The position numbers and the translations under genes are program-made. A DNA stretch of 64,000 bases, taken from the NCBI GenBank assembly GCA_964568715.1, contig CAZMQU010000004.1:11089-75088 (forward strand), read 5' to 3'. The DNA is from an uncultured Halanaerobiales bacterium (GTDB taxonomy: Bacteria; Bacillota; Halanaerobiia; B1SED10-174). Below the pieces are notes generated by a model. The model saw only the letters and a program-made list of their open reading frames with translations. It ran no database searches and had not been told where the DNA came from. The first letter of the stretch is position 1, and each line of letters begins with the position of its first letter. Shown here piece after piece: positions 9,614-18,696 of this stretch.

Positions 9614-11596
9614 TTAGGCGTTTTTACCGGCAAAATAGCCTCCGTGGATGGCATGAAGAATTTGGCCTGGCCTGAGACAATCGCCTACTGCTATAAAGTT
9701 ATCAACCTTTGATTTCCGCAATGCTTCTACTTTGTCCTCGGGAGATTTCATTCCCGCGGAAATAATAACCGTATCAGCCGGTAAAAACTTCTTTTTTGTT
9801 TGATTTTCCAGGTAATAAACCCCCTCCTTTGTTATTCTAATACAGGTACTATTGGTTAAAATTTGCAAGTTTCCCGGCAATTTATTAAATTCTTGGTGTA
9901 AAGCCTTTAAATGCAAGATTGGTGCATCTTTTGCCACCTGATCTTGCATTTCTATTATGGTAACCTTTTTGCCCTTTTGAGCCAAAATCAGGCCCTCTTC
10001 ACAGCCGGATAATCCACCACCGACGATGACTAGCCGCTTACCCAGGCCCTTCCTTTTTTTAATGATATCGTTAATTAAAAATACGTTGGGCAGATCTACC
10101 CCGGGTATTTGGGGAAGGAGGGGGATCGCACCTATGGCACAAATAAGTGTGTCGGGCTTGAAGTTGGCCAGCAACTTTGAAGTAACCTCAGTTTTCAAGC
10201 GGACTTCAATTTTAGGATTATCTTCTATGTTTTGGATTAAAAAATTGATAAAACGACTCAAATCCTTTTTAAAGTAGACTCCGGAGCTAATTGTTTTAAG
10301 AGGGCCACCCAAGTGGCCTTCTTTTTCGCAAAGTATTACTTCATGTCTTCTCTCCGCAGCACTAAGTGCCGCCTGCATGCCGCCGGGACCGCCACCGGCA
10401 ACCAGAACCCGTTTAGAGGATGGAAGAGGTTGGTAATAGGATTCGCGCAACTCCCTGCCTATTTGGGGATTAACGCTGCATTGGCTGATGCCCGAGGAAA
10501 TGGGAACGTAGGGGACATAATCCAGGCTCAGGCAGTGGTTGCATCGGATGCAGGGGCGGACTTCCCTTTCCCGTCCCTTTTTCACTTTAGCCGGGAAATA
10601 GGGGTCGGCCAAAATTTGCCGACCCATTACAATCACGTCGGCCTTTTCTTCACCTAGGAGAGACTCCATGTAAGCAGGATTGCTCAGGGCTCCTACGGTG
10701 GCAACAGGTATCTTGACCACTTTTTTAATTTCTGCTGCCAGATAGGTATTTACACCCTGGGGCAAGAAGGCGGAGGGGAACATGCGACAGCCGGAGTTGA
10801 CGTCTTTGAAAGAAGAGGCGGAAACATGGAGTAAATCGATTCTACCGTCAAGCATGCGAGCAAATTCCTTTGCTTCGTCGAGACCGTAGCCTCCTTCCAT
10901 GAATTCATCGCCGGAGAAACGGTATTCCAAAGGAAAATCAGGCCCTACCTGGGCCCGGATTCGCTCGATAACCATCAAGGGGAAGCGGGCCCTGTTTTCA
11001 ATGCTGCCTCCATAGCGATCCCGACGTCGGTTGTAGAGGGGGGAGAGGAATTGGCTTAAAAGCCAACCATGGCCGCCGTGGATCATGACCATATCGAAGC
11101 CGCCAAACTTGGCATTGAAGGCAGCCCGGGCAAAATGCTCAGCAACTTCTTCCATCATATCTTCATCCATTTCCCTAACTTCGACGCCATAGACTCCCAT
11201 CTCGGCACTGGGACCCCAGATTTCCCCTCCGGTGTAGCGAGGGTGAGCCCGGGCACCGCAGTGGAGGATTTCAATATTGGCCAGGGCGTTATGCTGGTGA
11301 ATTATGTCGGTCAACTGCAAGTGGCTGGGCATAAAACGTTCATCCCTCAGATTGCAAAGGTTACCGTGGGCACTGTCCGTTTTGTGACCGATCAGGGTTT
11401 CCCCCCGGGTGACTACTGCGGCACCGCCTTTGGCGCGCAATTCATAGGCCGCCAGATTTTGGTCCGATAAAAACCCCGAAGTATTCGGTTCGGAACCCAT
11501 CGGGGCTACGGCAATGCGGTTTTTCAATGTAAGTTTCCCTATTTTTATAGGGCTAAATAAAAGTGGATAATAGCTCATAATCATCTCTCCCGTCAC
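9614..11596 (-). CDS. Old Yellow Enzyme-family NADH:flavin oxidoreductase / 2,4-dienoyl-CoA reductase-like enzyme (FMN TIM-barrel + 4Fe-4S + FAD/NAD(P)-binding domain)
   Basis: The N-terminus MSYYPLLFSPIKIGKLTLKNRIAVAPMG is OYE-like. A CIRCNHC cluster motif is present. The C-terminal Rossmann motif is VLVAGGGPGGMQAALSAA...GHLGG. Confidence 0.8.
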   Translation of the reverse strand: MTGEMIMSYYPLLFSPIKIGKLTLKNRIAVAPMGSEPNTSGFLSDQNLAAYELRAKGGAAVVTRGETLIGHKTDSAHGNLCNLRDERFMPSHLQLTDIIHQHNALANIEILHCGARAHPRYTGGEIWGPSAEMGVYGVEVREMDEDMMEEVAEHFARAAFNAKFGGFDMVMIHGGHGWLLSQFLSPLYNRRRDRYGGSIENRARFPLMVIERIRAQVGPDFPLEYRFSGDEFMEGGYGLDEAKEFARMLDGRIDLLHVSASSFKDVNSGCRMFPSAFLPQGVNTYLAAEIKKVVKIPVATVGALSNPAYMESLLGEEKADVIVMGRQILADPYFPAKVKKGREREVRPCIRCNHCLSLDYVPYVPISSGISQCSVNPQIGRELRESYYQPLPSSKRVLVAGGGPGGMQAALSAAERRHEVILCEKEGHLGGPLKTISSGVYFKKDLSRFINFLIQNIEDNPKIEVRLKTEVTSKLLANFKPDTLICAIGAIPLLPQIPGVDLPNVFLINDIIKKRKGLGKRLVIVGGGLSGCEEGLILAQKGKKVTIIEMQDQVAKDAPILHLKALHQEFNKLPGNLQILTNSTCIRITKEGVYYLENQTKKKFLPADTVIISAGMKSPEDKVEALRKSKVDNFIAVGDCLRPGQILHAIHGGYFAGKNA

Positions 11597-12050
11597 TTGG
11601 TTCCCTTAAATTTGACCATGAATTTGTTTACAAGGAAATGTGAATTCCTTCATACTGGAAATATTCAACACGGGGAGGCGATTATCCCTCTAGCCTGAGA
11701 AAAACGCCGGATAAAGAAAAGATTTTCCTCCAGCCGGGACAATGAATTTGATAGAAATTTTTTAAAAATCACCCCGGGGGTGATTACTTTGGGTAACGGA
11801 TTTAGTATGATTGTTTTATATACGGAGAGTCTGTCAAATGTTGTATTTCCCAGAATTTCTTACGGCGACCTGTTAGCTCCGGCCTGGGAATGCTTATATA
11901 TTAACTAGATCTATTTCTCAAGACTATCGGCAATGACTGCTCCTTGTTCGTTTCATAGATCCAGACCCTTAATTAGTTTTGGTTTCCCAATTTTCAACAG
12001 GGGGTGACGGGTAAAAAGGTTGATATGGGTATTAAAAAGGAGGGTGCAAA

Positions 12051-13192
12051 TTGAAAAGAAAACTTTTGATCTGGGCTGTGCTGTTGTTGCTGGTACTGGT
12101 GGTGGGCTGCGATGGGAAAAAGGGTGGTTTGAGTGTCAAAGTATATGAAGGGGAAACCAGTGAATTTTTAAAGGTCAACTTGAAACTTACAATCGGCGGG
12201 AAAACAGCTTCTACTTCTTCGGGCCAATATACTTTTACACAAGTGCCTGTCGGTACCCATACCCTAACAGTCGAAGCTGCAGGCTATTTCGAAAAAAATC
12301 AAGAGGTTACCATCGAAGCGGGCAAGGTTGTGGACTGTGAGGTACGGTTGGTAAAAAACTATATCGCAGAGGTCAAGGTACCCGGAGGTATAAACCCCAT
12401 TGGCCTAAAAGATAACTATCTGATTACTCCAATTGATTCTTTCTTTATAGCCAAGTATGAAATAAGCTGGCAGGCCTGGAAAGAAGTCTATGATTGGGCC
12501 ACGGATGATGCGCGGCTGGGTAGAAAATATTATTTTGAAAATGAAGGCAAAATGGGTGAAGTCTTTTCGGGGGGGGTACCCCCATTACCACGGATGAAAA
12601 CCACCCGGTCACACATATTTCCTGGTATGATGCCATCGTTTGGTGCAATGCCCTGACCGAGTACTATAATCATTTCCAGGGTGAAAACTTGGAATGCGTT
12701 TATAAATCAAGTGGCGGATCGGTTCACCGTAGTTCCCAGGCAGCTTTTGTGCCACAGCTGGAGACGGTGAATCCCGACCCTGATGCCAAGGGTTTTCGTT
12801 TACCGTCTTCTAATGAGTGGGAACGGGCCGCCCGCTACAGGGACGGATCGAACTGGCTTGATGGCAACCATGCCAGCGGTGATCCTACCAAGCCATGCTG
12901 GACGGAGAGCGGCCAGGGCCTTTCGACCCTTTATGGCGACTATGCATGGCATGAGGGTAACAGCGAAGGTCATACTCACCCGGTTGGCAAAAAGAAAGAA
13001 AATGACTTGGGGATTTACGATATGAGCGGTAACGTTTCGGAATGGTGCTTTGATAAAGATGGTGACGATCGGGTTACCCATGGCGGGAGCGGCAAACTGG
13101 GCAACAGATGGCTGCAGATTGGTTTGCAAATTTCATGCGCTCCGGAATACACTTACAACGATTTGGGTTTGCGTCCCGTCAGGACCAAGTAG
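12051..13192 (+). pseudogene. FGE-sulfatase (SUMF1-like) domain lipoprotein, disrupted by a -1 frameshift in a G8 homopolymer (either phase-variable or a pseudogene)
   Basis: ORF 12051..12656 (frame 0) carries a signal peptide with a lipobox (VVGCDG) and a beta-sandwich domain. ORF 12689..13192 (frame 2) carries the FGE-domain motifs (GFRLPSSNEWERAARY, GIYDMSGNVSEWCF). Read in frame 2 from 12569, the sequence gives GGGTPITTDENHPVTHISWYDAIVWCNALTEYYN, which matches the paralogs. The junction is the G8 run at 12569-12576 followed by a C5 run. Confidence 0.7.
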
Positions 13193-13466
13193 GCGCGAAG
13201 CTTTTGCCGACGGTTATGAAAGCGGTTGCGGCATGGCTGTTTAAGGCTTAATGCGCTGGCTGCGGCGAATATTAACCGCTGCCTAAGAGTATAAGGCCTA
13301 TTATCTTTCAATGGATTTTATGCGACCCGGGGCAGGAATCTAGTATTTGGCAGCAATTTACGGCTGGCAAGAGAGGTATTTAAGGATTGGCTTGAATGGC
13401 AGAAAAAAGATGGATCGGAAAAAGTTTATTAGGGAAGGATTGAAGAAACCTTAAGGAGGGCTTGAG

Positions 13467-14618
13467 ATGAGCAGAAAGATTTTGGTTGTCGGTATGGCTT
13501 TGTTGATGCTCGCCTTGGTGGGCTGCGGGGGGAAAAAGGGCGTCTTGGAGGGGACTATTGTTAAGGAGGGCACTTCCGATTTAATTACAGATGAAGTGCT
13601 TGTCGAAGTGGCCGGCGAATCGATGACGACAGAAGACGGGAAATACGCCTTTGCCGGTATTTCCGCAGGGGTACACGTCCTTGAAGCCGTAGCTGACGGG
13701 TACAAGCCTTACAGCAGGCAAGTTATCGTCGAAGCAGGCAAAACGACGATACACAAGGTGGAGTTGACAGAAATTTTACCCCCTCTGGCCATTGAGGAAG
13801 CGGAAGTTCCGGCCACCCTTGCATTTCCGATGGAAACGGATGATTCAAAGACAAATATGCAACCATTTGACGATTTTTATATGGCCAAATACCAGGTAAC
13901 CTACGAATTGTGGAAGAAGGTCTATGATTGGGCAACAGATGAAGCAAGGGGGACAGGAAAATATACCTTTGCCAACGAAGGATTGAAGGGCAACGACGGT
14001 GACGCCGAAAAGACCGATCAACATCCCGTAACGAGCATCAATTGGCGGGATGCCGTGGTTTGGTGCAATGCTTTAACCGAGTATTACAATGGGGCAAACG
14101 ATGCGAACTTGGCTTGTGTTTACGTCGATACCAACAATAGAGTTATTCGCAAATCCGAGACCGGCACCCTTGCACCCACCATACAAGTTGCTGAAGGAGC
14201 CAAGGGCTTTCGCCTACCCACCAGCGTGGAATGGGAATTCGCCGCCCGCTACCGGGGCGATGATCCGACCAATACGGTAGAGGGTTTCTCAGATCCCTAT
14301 TTCACCAAGGGGGATTCCGCCAGCGGCGCCACCGCTAACTGGCAAGACAAAGAGGTCACCAAGCTGGTTGCCTGGTTTACAGAAAACAGCGGCGACTCTA
14401 CCCATGAGGTGGGCGGCCTGGCTGCGAACGCTTTGGGCATTTATGATATGAGCGGGAATGTCCGGGAATTCTGTTATACAAGCCGAGGGGATGGAAGGGC
14501 CCTTCGTAACGGTGGCTTCCGGGATATTGCCACTTTTCTGCAAATAGGTTACGAGCGGGAGCTTCGGGAGGATACAGTTTCGGAAGTTATCGGATTTAGG
14601 GTTGTGAGGACCAAATAA
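13467..14618 (+). CDS. Lipoprotein with an N-terminal CarboxypepD_reg/Ig-like beta-sandwich and a C-terminal FGE-sulfatase (formylglycine-generating-enzyme-like, DUF323) domain
   Basis: The signal peptide and lipobox are LALVGCGG. FGE-family motifs are present: HPVTSINWRDAVVWCNALTEYYNG, GFRLPTSVEWEFAARYRG and GIYDMSGNVREFCYT. It lacks the paired catalytic cysteines of true FGE. Confidence 0.8.
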   Translation: MSRKILVVGMALLMLALVGCGGKKGVLEGTIVKEGTSDLITDEVLVEVAGESMTTEDGKYAFAGISAGVHVLEAVADGYKPYSRQVIVEAGKTTIHKVELTEILPPLAIEEAEVPATLAFPMETDDSKTNMQPFDDFYMAKYQVTYELWKKVYDWATDEARGTGKYTFANEGLKGNDGDAEKTDQHPVTSINWRDAVVWCNALTEYYNGANDANLACVYVDTNNRVIRKSETGTLAPTIQVAEGAKGFRLPTSVEWEFAARYRGDDPTNTVEGFSDPYFTKGDSASGATANWQDKEVTKLVAWFTENSGDSTHEVGGLAANALGIYDMSGNVREFCYTSRGDGRALRNGGFRDIATFLQIGYERELREDTVSEVIGFRVVRTK

Positions 14619-14648
14619 ATTTTTCAGACTTGAGTACCTATAAATGAA

Positions 14649-14695
14649 AAAAGCCTTCCTTTGAACAGAGAAAAGTTCAAGGGGGGCTTTTTGTT
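14649..14695 (+). terminator. Rho-independent terminator after the FGE lipoprotein gene
   Basis: A nested hairpin, AAAAGCC...TTTGAAC-agagaaaa-GTTCAA-GGGGGGCTTTTT, is followed by a T-run. Confidence 0.5.
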
Positions 14696-14715
14696 AAGAA
14701 GAAATATGGTTGGTT

Positions 14716-14955
14716 TCAGATGAAATTTTCGTCTTTTCCTTTGATCATTTTGATATAAACCATCAATTTCTTGCGGTAATTCACATTCAGTTGTTGATAT
14801 TTCCGTTTTTTGTGATTTATGGACAAAAAAAGGGCATCAGCAGCTTCCTTGGCCTTGTAACCTCGGCAATAATGATCGAAGACACTTCGCTCTGCCGGTG
14901 TCAAGTTTTTAATATTGTCAGCAAATCTTTGCAAGAGTTGCTTGGCTTGCTGCAA
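14716..14955 (-). CDS. Stand-alone LuxR/FixJ-type HTH fragment (79 aa), probably a remnant of a duplicated membrane LuxR regulator
   Basis: LTPAERSVFDHYCRGYKAKEAADALFLSIN...YRKKLMVYIKMIKGK aligns to the C-terminal HTH of the 18697..20316 protein (LSPAEENVFNLYLKGHSAKEAAEILYLSINTIKTHNKRIYRKLNVSSRKELMILIKMM). It has a 4-aa gap in the recognition helix. No sensor domain lies upstream. Confidence 0.5.
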   Translation of the reverse strand: MQQAKQLLQRFADNIKNLTPAERSVFDHYCRGYKAKEAADALFLSINHKKRKYQQLNVNYRKKLMVYIKMIKGKDENFI

Positions 14956-15382
14956 GAAGTCTATAAGCGGGTAACAGACGAAGCAAAGGGAGATGGGTAG
15001 TATATATTTGGTAAATAAATTTGAAGTTTATTTATGGAAAACGTTTGCTTAGGCGATGGTATCGCTTTGGCAGCCGGTTATTTTTAAAGAGATGGCCGAT
15101 TATTTTTTACAACCGGCTTATACTTAATTTAGGGGATCATTTGCCAATTCCTCTTGCAAAATCACCCCTAATTCACCCCTTTGCAGAAAAATATCCAACA
15201 AAATCACCCTAAGGATGATTACAAATAAGAAAAAAAATTGTATATTAGGTCTGAAGAAACTTATTTTGCAGAAGCTGTTTTAGGACAACCGGAATTATTG
15301 TCTGTCCAAAAGCAGAGCATTTTGTCAACCTGACACCGGGTCAAGCAATTTACCGCCTGAAATTCTGTAAGGAGGTGTAGCA

Positions 15383-16252
15383 ATGCGGCAATATTTATCG
15401 CTTTTGCTATTGATTATTTGCCTGAACATATTTTCCGGTTGTAAAGCAAACGGGGTTTCCACAGTGAATTATAATAAGATCGAGGATAGGGCCCGGGTAG
15501 AAAGAGAAATTCTCCCGAAAATGCAAGTCAGCCGGGTAGAAGGGGCCAATATTAATAAGGGTGGGGGAAGCTATGCACAAAAAATACCGACAATAGCCGG
15601 CGGTTATAATGCTTATAAAGATGCCCGGGATGCTTTTGAGCGTTATGCTTTGGATATGAGTAATTTTTGTGGGACTGTTGCCTTAAATATAAGCTTGGTA
15701 AGTGCCTTTGAAGGAGAGATTTATTTTTATCTTTTGCCTTTGGATTTCATCGGCTTGTCAATAGATAGCTTGGGGTATTATGATGAATCAATGGAAGCAA
15801 CTTGGATCAAGATGGCTTTTGCCGGTGATGGTAAGATGATTATCGGCTCCGATGGTAGCTATCTTCTAACCGGTACTTCCGGTGAGGGTAAGTCGATGAT
15901 TTTGCAAATTGAATACCGACCTGAAGAAGATGAATTACGCTTGGAAGTGCAAGAAGACGGTAGACTGGCTTTACTTTTTGAATATATAAAAAACAAAGAA
16001 GGTTATGCCGCCCAGTATTACTTTAAGGCAGCCACCGGCTATTATGAAGATGCTCCAAAAGCAATGTGTGTCTATAGGACAATTTTCAACGGCTTGAACG
16101 GTTCCTGTGCCCGCTATGACGGTGTCGAATCAAAGCCGCAATCCTTGCTTGGCTCTGCTCCTTTAGGTGACGAATTTTTTGCCGGAGCAACCCACTGGTT
16201 TACTCTCACCAATGGAAGGTTTACAGGACTGCTAAATGGTAAGGCTTTTTAG
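15383..16252 (+). CDS. Hypothetical lipoprotein
   Basis: The signal peptide and lipobox are LNIFSGCKANG. It has a good RBS (AGGAGGTG, then 8 nt, then ATG). I recognised no conserved domain. Confidence 0.6.
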   Translation: MRQYLSLLLLIICLNIFSGCKANGVSTVNYNKIEDRARVEREILPKMQVSRVEGANINKGGGSYAQKIPTIAGGYNAYKDARDAFERYALDMSNFCGTVALNISLVSAFEGEIYFYLLPLDFIGLSIDSLGYYDESMEATWIKMAFAGDGKMIIGSDGSYLLTGTSGEGKSMILQIEYRPEEDELRLEVQEDGRLALLFEYIKNKEGYAAQYYFKAATGYYEDAPKAMCVYRTIFNGLNGSCARYDGVESKPQSLLGSAPLGDEFFAGATHWFTLTNGRFTGLLNGKAF

Positions 16253-16565
16253 TTCATAAAGTCGGTTGGGGGGGACAGTGTGTTTTCAAGTAGGTTCTTG
16301 TTTTATCGGAAATATGGCCAAGGGAAGATAGAGCTGATAATTAAAATAATCTAAATTAAAATGTTTTGTTTTCGATAAGTATTTTTTAATCATCCGATTA
16401 AAAAGCCTGGCGTAAAAAAACTATCGAAGGAGGTGATGGATCGGGTAATTATATAACTTAACCGGTTTGCGATAAAAATTGTCCTAACTTTGCCGAAAGC
16501 CGCTGTTCATATGGATCCTGTTTTGTTATTAGCCTATATCGTTCAATAGGGTCAAGAACGATGCA

Positions 16566-18332
16566 ATGAAAAAACAAATCAAACAATTGAGGTGGAAAAT
16601 AATGTTGAAAAGGGCATTTCTTTTTGTTTTAATTGGCGTTCTGGTTCTTACTACTGTTTTTATCGGATGTGAAGGTAAGAAAACAGGTCAATTAAAGGGT
16701 AAAATCTACGATGAAGCAACAGAAGAATTGGTTAAAGAAAGTATCACCATTACCCTAGGAGACAAGAACTTGCTTGTAGAGGATGGGGATTATATATTTA
16801 CCGACATAACCCCCGGTGAAAAGAGCCTGAAAGTTTTGGCTCCCGGTTATGAAGAATATAGTGCGACGGTGGTCATTGAAGCCGGTAAGGTAATGACTCA
16901 CGATGCTTATTTGATAAAAGAAGAATTGCCGATCGTAAAGGGTGCGCTGCAGGGTAAAATTATTGATAAAGAGCTCGGTATTTTAGTTACCGGAGCTGTT
17001 ACCGTAAAACTTGACGGCCAAGCTTCTACCTTCACCGATGGAGAATATATTTTTACCGATTTGGAGCCTGGTGAAAAAGAATTGCAAGTCAGCATACCCG
17101 CTTACAAAGTGTATTCTGCTAGAGTCGAAATTGAATCGGGAGAGACTACTGAGCATGATGTTTTACTGGAGCAAGCATTAAGAACTATTAAAGGAAAGAT
17201 TTTTGACAAAGCAAACGGAAATCTAATTACTCAAAGAGCAGACATTACGATAGAGTATGCCGATGGTGATTATGAAAGATCATTGACCGTTTATGATGGT
17301 GAATATTGTTTCGATGATTTGCCCTATTTTAAAGCAAATGCATACTGGCACATATCTTGCGCTACGGAAGACTATAAAACCCATTATACATTGCTAATCT
17401 TTTCCGGCAGTAATACCACCATTATTGAGAAAGATTTTTACCTTGATACAATAACCTTATCGCCGCTAAACCTTAATTTGATACCTATAACGGTAATTCC
17501 AGCGGAAGGGTTTCCCAAAGGAAACGATGATCTTTCCACGGGCCAGGTACCTGAACCCGATCTGTATTACCTGGGTAAATATCAAATTACTTATGGTTTG
17601 TGGCAGACTGTCTACAACTGGGCTACTGAGGAAGAACGCGGCGAAAATCGATACTATTTTCAAAATCCTGGGACAGGAACAGGTATTTTTCATCCGGTTA
17701 CGGGTATCAGTTGGCGGGATGCCATTGTCTGGTGCAATGCCTTAAGCGATTACTATCGGGAATCAAACGAGGATTACGAAAGCTATCCGGTTTATTTAGA
17801 TTCGGATAACTATGAACCTATTCGGGATTCCAGGGACAGTAACGGCGAAATCTGCGATAATGCCATATGCGCTTGGGAGGATGTTTACGGGTTTCGTCTA
17901 CCCACTTCAGAAGAATTTGAGGCAGCAGCCCGCTACATTGGGCCCGATAAGCCCACCGAAGGTGCAATTGGGGAAGAAGCTATCTTTAAAAACGATATTT
18001 ATTGGACGCCTCATAACTTTGCCAGCGGTGCTTTGGATGAAATAGATAACGAAGAGGCAACTACTGCCGTAGCCTGGTATTCACAAAACAGTGGTGATCA
18101 AATTCATCCTGTTGGCGATTTGTTGCCCAATGCTTTGGGGTTATACGACATGAGCGGCAATGTTTGGGAATATTGTTTTGCTTCAGGTGATGTTGGCAGA
18201 TGTGTTTTACGGGGTGGCCCTTTCAACGGGATGCGGGTAGATGTCGGTTATTACATTAGTGCTCCTTTTGATGATGGCTCCAATAATTTTGGCTTCCGTT
18301 TGGCCAGAAGCAGATATGAATTTAACTATTAA
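16566..18332 (+). CDS. Large lipoprotein with three tandem beta-sandwich repeats and a C-terminal FGE-sulfatase domain
   Basis: Lipobox VFIGCEG. There are three internal repeats of about 85 aa (GKIYDEATEEL...GDYIFTDITPGEKSLKVLAPGYEEYSATVVIEAGKVMTHDAYL; GKIIDKELGIL...GEYIFTDLEPGEKELQVSIPAYKVYSARVEIESGETTEHDVLL; GKIFDKANGNL...). FGE motifs are HPVTGISWRDAIVWCNALSDYY, GFRLPTSEEFEAAARY and GLYDMSGNVWEYCF. Confidence 0.8.
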   Translation: MKKQIKQLRWKIMLKRAFLFVLIGVLVLTTVFIGCEGKKTGQLKGKIYDEATEELVKESITITLGDKNLLVEDGDYIFTDITPGEKSLKVLAPGYEEYSATVVIEAGKVMTHDAYLIKEELPIVKGALQGKIIDKELGILVTGAVTVKLDGQASTFTDGEYIFTDLEPGEKELQVSIPAYKVYSARVEIESGETTEHDVLLEQALRTIKGKIFDKANGNLITQRADITIEYADGDYERSLTVYDGEYCFDDLPYFKANAYWHISCATEDYKTHYTLLIFSGSNTTIIEKDFYLDTITLSPLNLNLIPITVIPAEGFPKGNDDLSTGQVPEPDLYYLGKYQITYGLWQTVYNWATEEERGENRYYFQNPGTGTGIFHPVTGISWRDAIVWCNALSDYYRESNEDYESYPVYLDSDNYEPIRDSRDSNGEICDNAICAWEDVYGFRLPTSEEFEAAARYIGPDKPTEGAIGEEAIFKNDIYWTPHNFASGALDEIDNEEATTAVAWYSQNSGDQIHPVGDLLPNALGLYDMSGNVWEYCFASGDVGRCVLRGGPFNGMRVDVGYYISAPFDDGSNNFGFRLARSRYEFNY

Positions 18333-18418
18333 TTTTGACTTTGCCTGTTAAAAGTTTAAGTTCCCTTAAAAAATACTGATGCAACGGTATAGAAAATCTG
18401 CTAAACAATGAAAAATAA

Positions 18419-18470
18419 AAGCCGTTTGTCAGCTGTTGAGTGTGGCTGAGTAAAACGGCTTTTCTTCTTT
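18419..18470. terminator. Bidirectional rho-independent terminator between convergent genes
   Basis: The hairpin AAAAGCCGTTT-(loop)-AAACGGCTTTT has A-runs and T-runs on both sides. It sits between the + gene ending at 18332 and the - gene ending at 18697. Confidence 0.6.
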
Positions 18471-18696
18471 CATTAATTTACTTTTACCTTCAAAGGTAAG
18501 TCTATTTCAATTATCCAAAAAAGAAGTGATTAAGCGGAACTTACAATTAAACCCAAGGCTAAAAATATAGGAAACCAACTTGCAGGTGATGTTTTCCCTG
18601 TTTACCAATTACCGATGTGGGGACGGGAAGGTTTCCGGGGCGAAGATGATTTTCTGTTTTGAAATTCGGCAAAGTTTAATTCTTGTTTAGATGATT

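Noticed and set aside
12051-13192. Two independent genes 12051..12656 and 12689..13192
   Set aside because: Together they reconstitute one FGE lipoprotein through a -1 shift in a G8 tract. The second ORF has no RBS or signal peptide of its own.
14710-15212. Plus-strand ORFs 14710..15000 and 15021..15212
   Set aside because: They have no RBS and low-complexity translations. The minus-strand ORF 14716..14955 in the same place has clear LuxR-HTH homology to a neighbouring protein.
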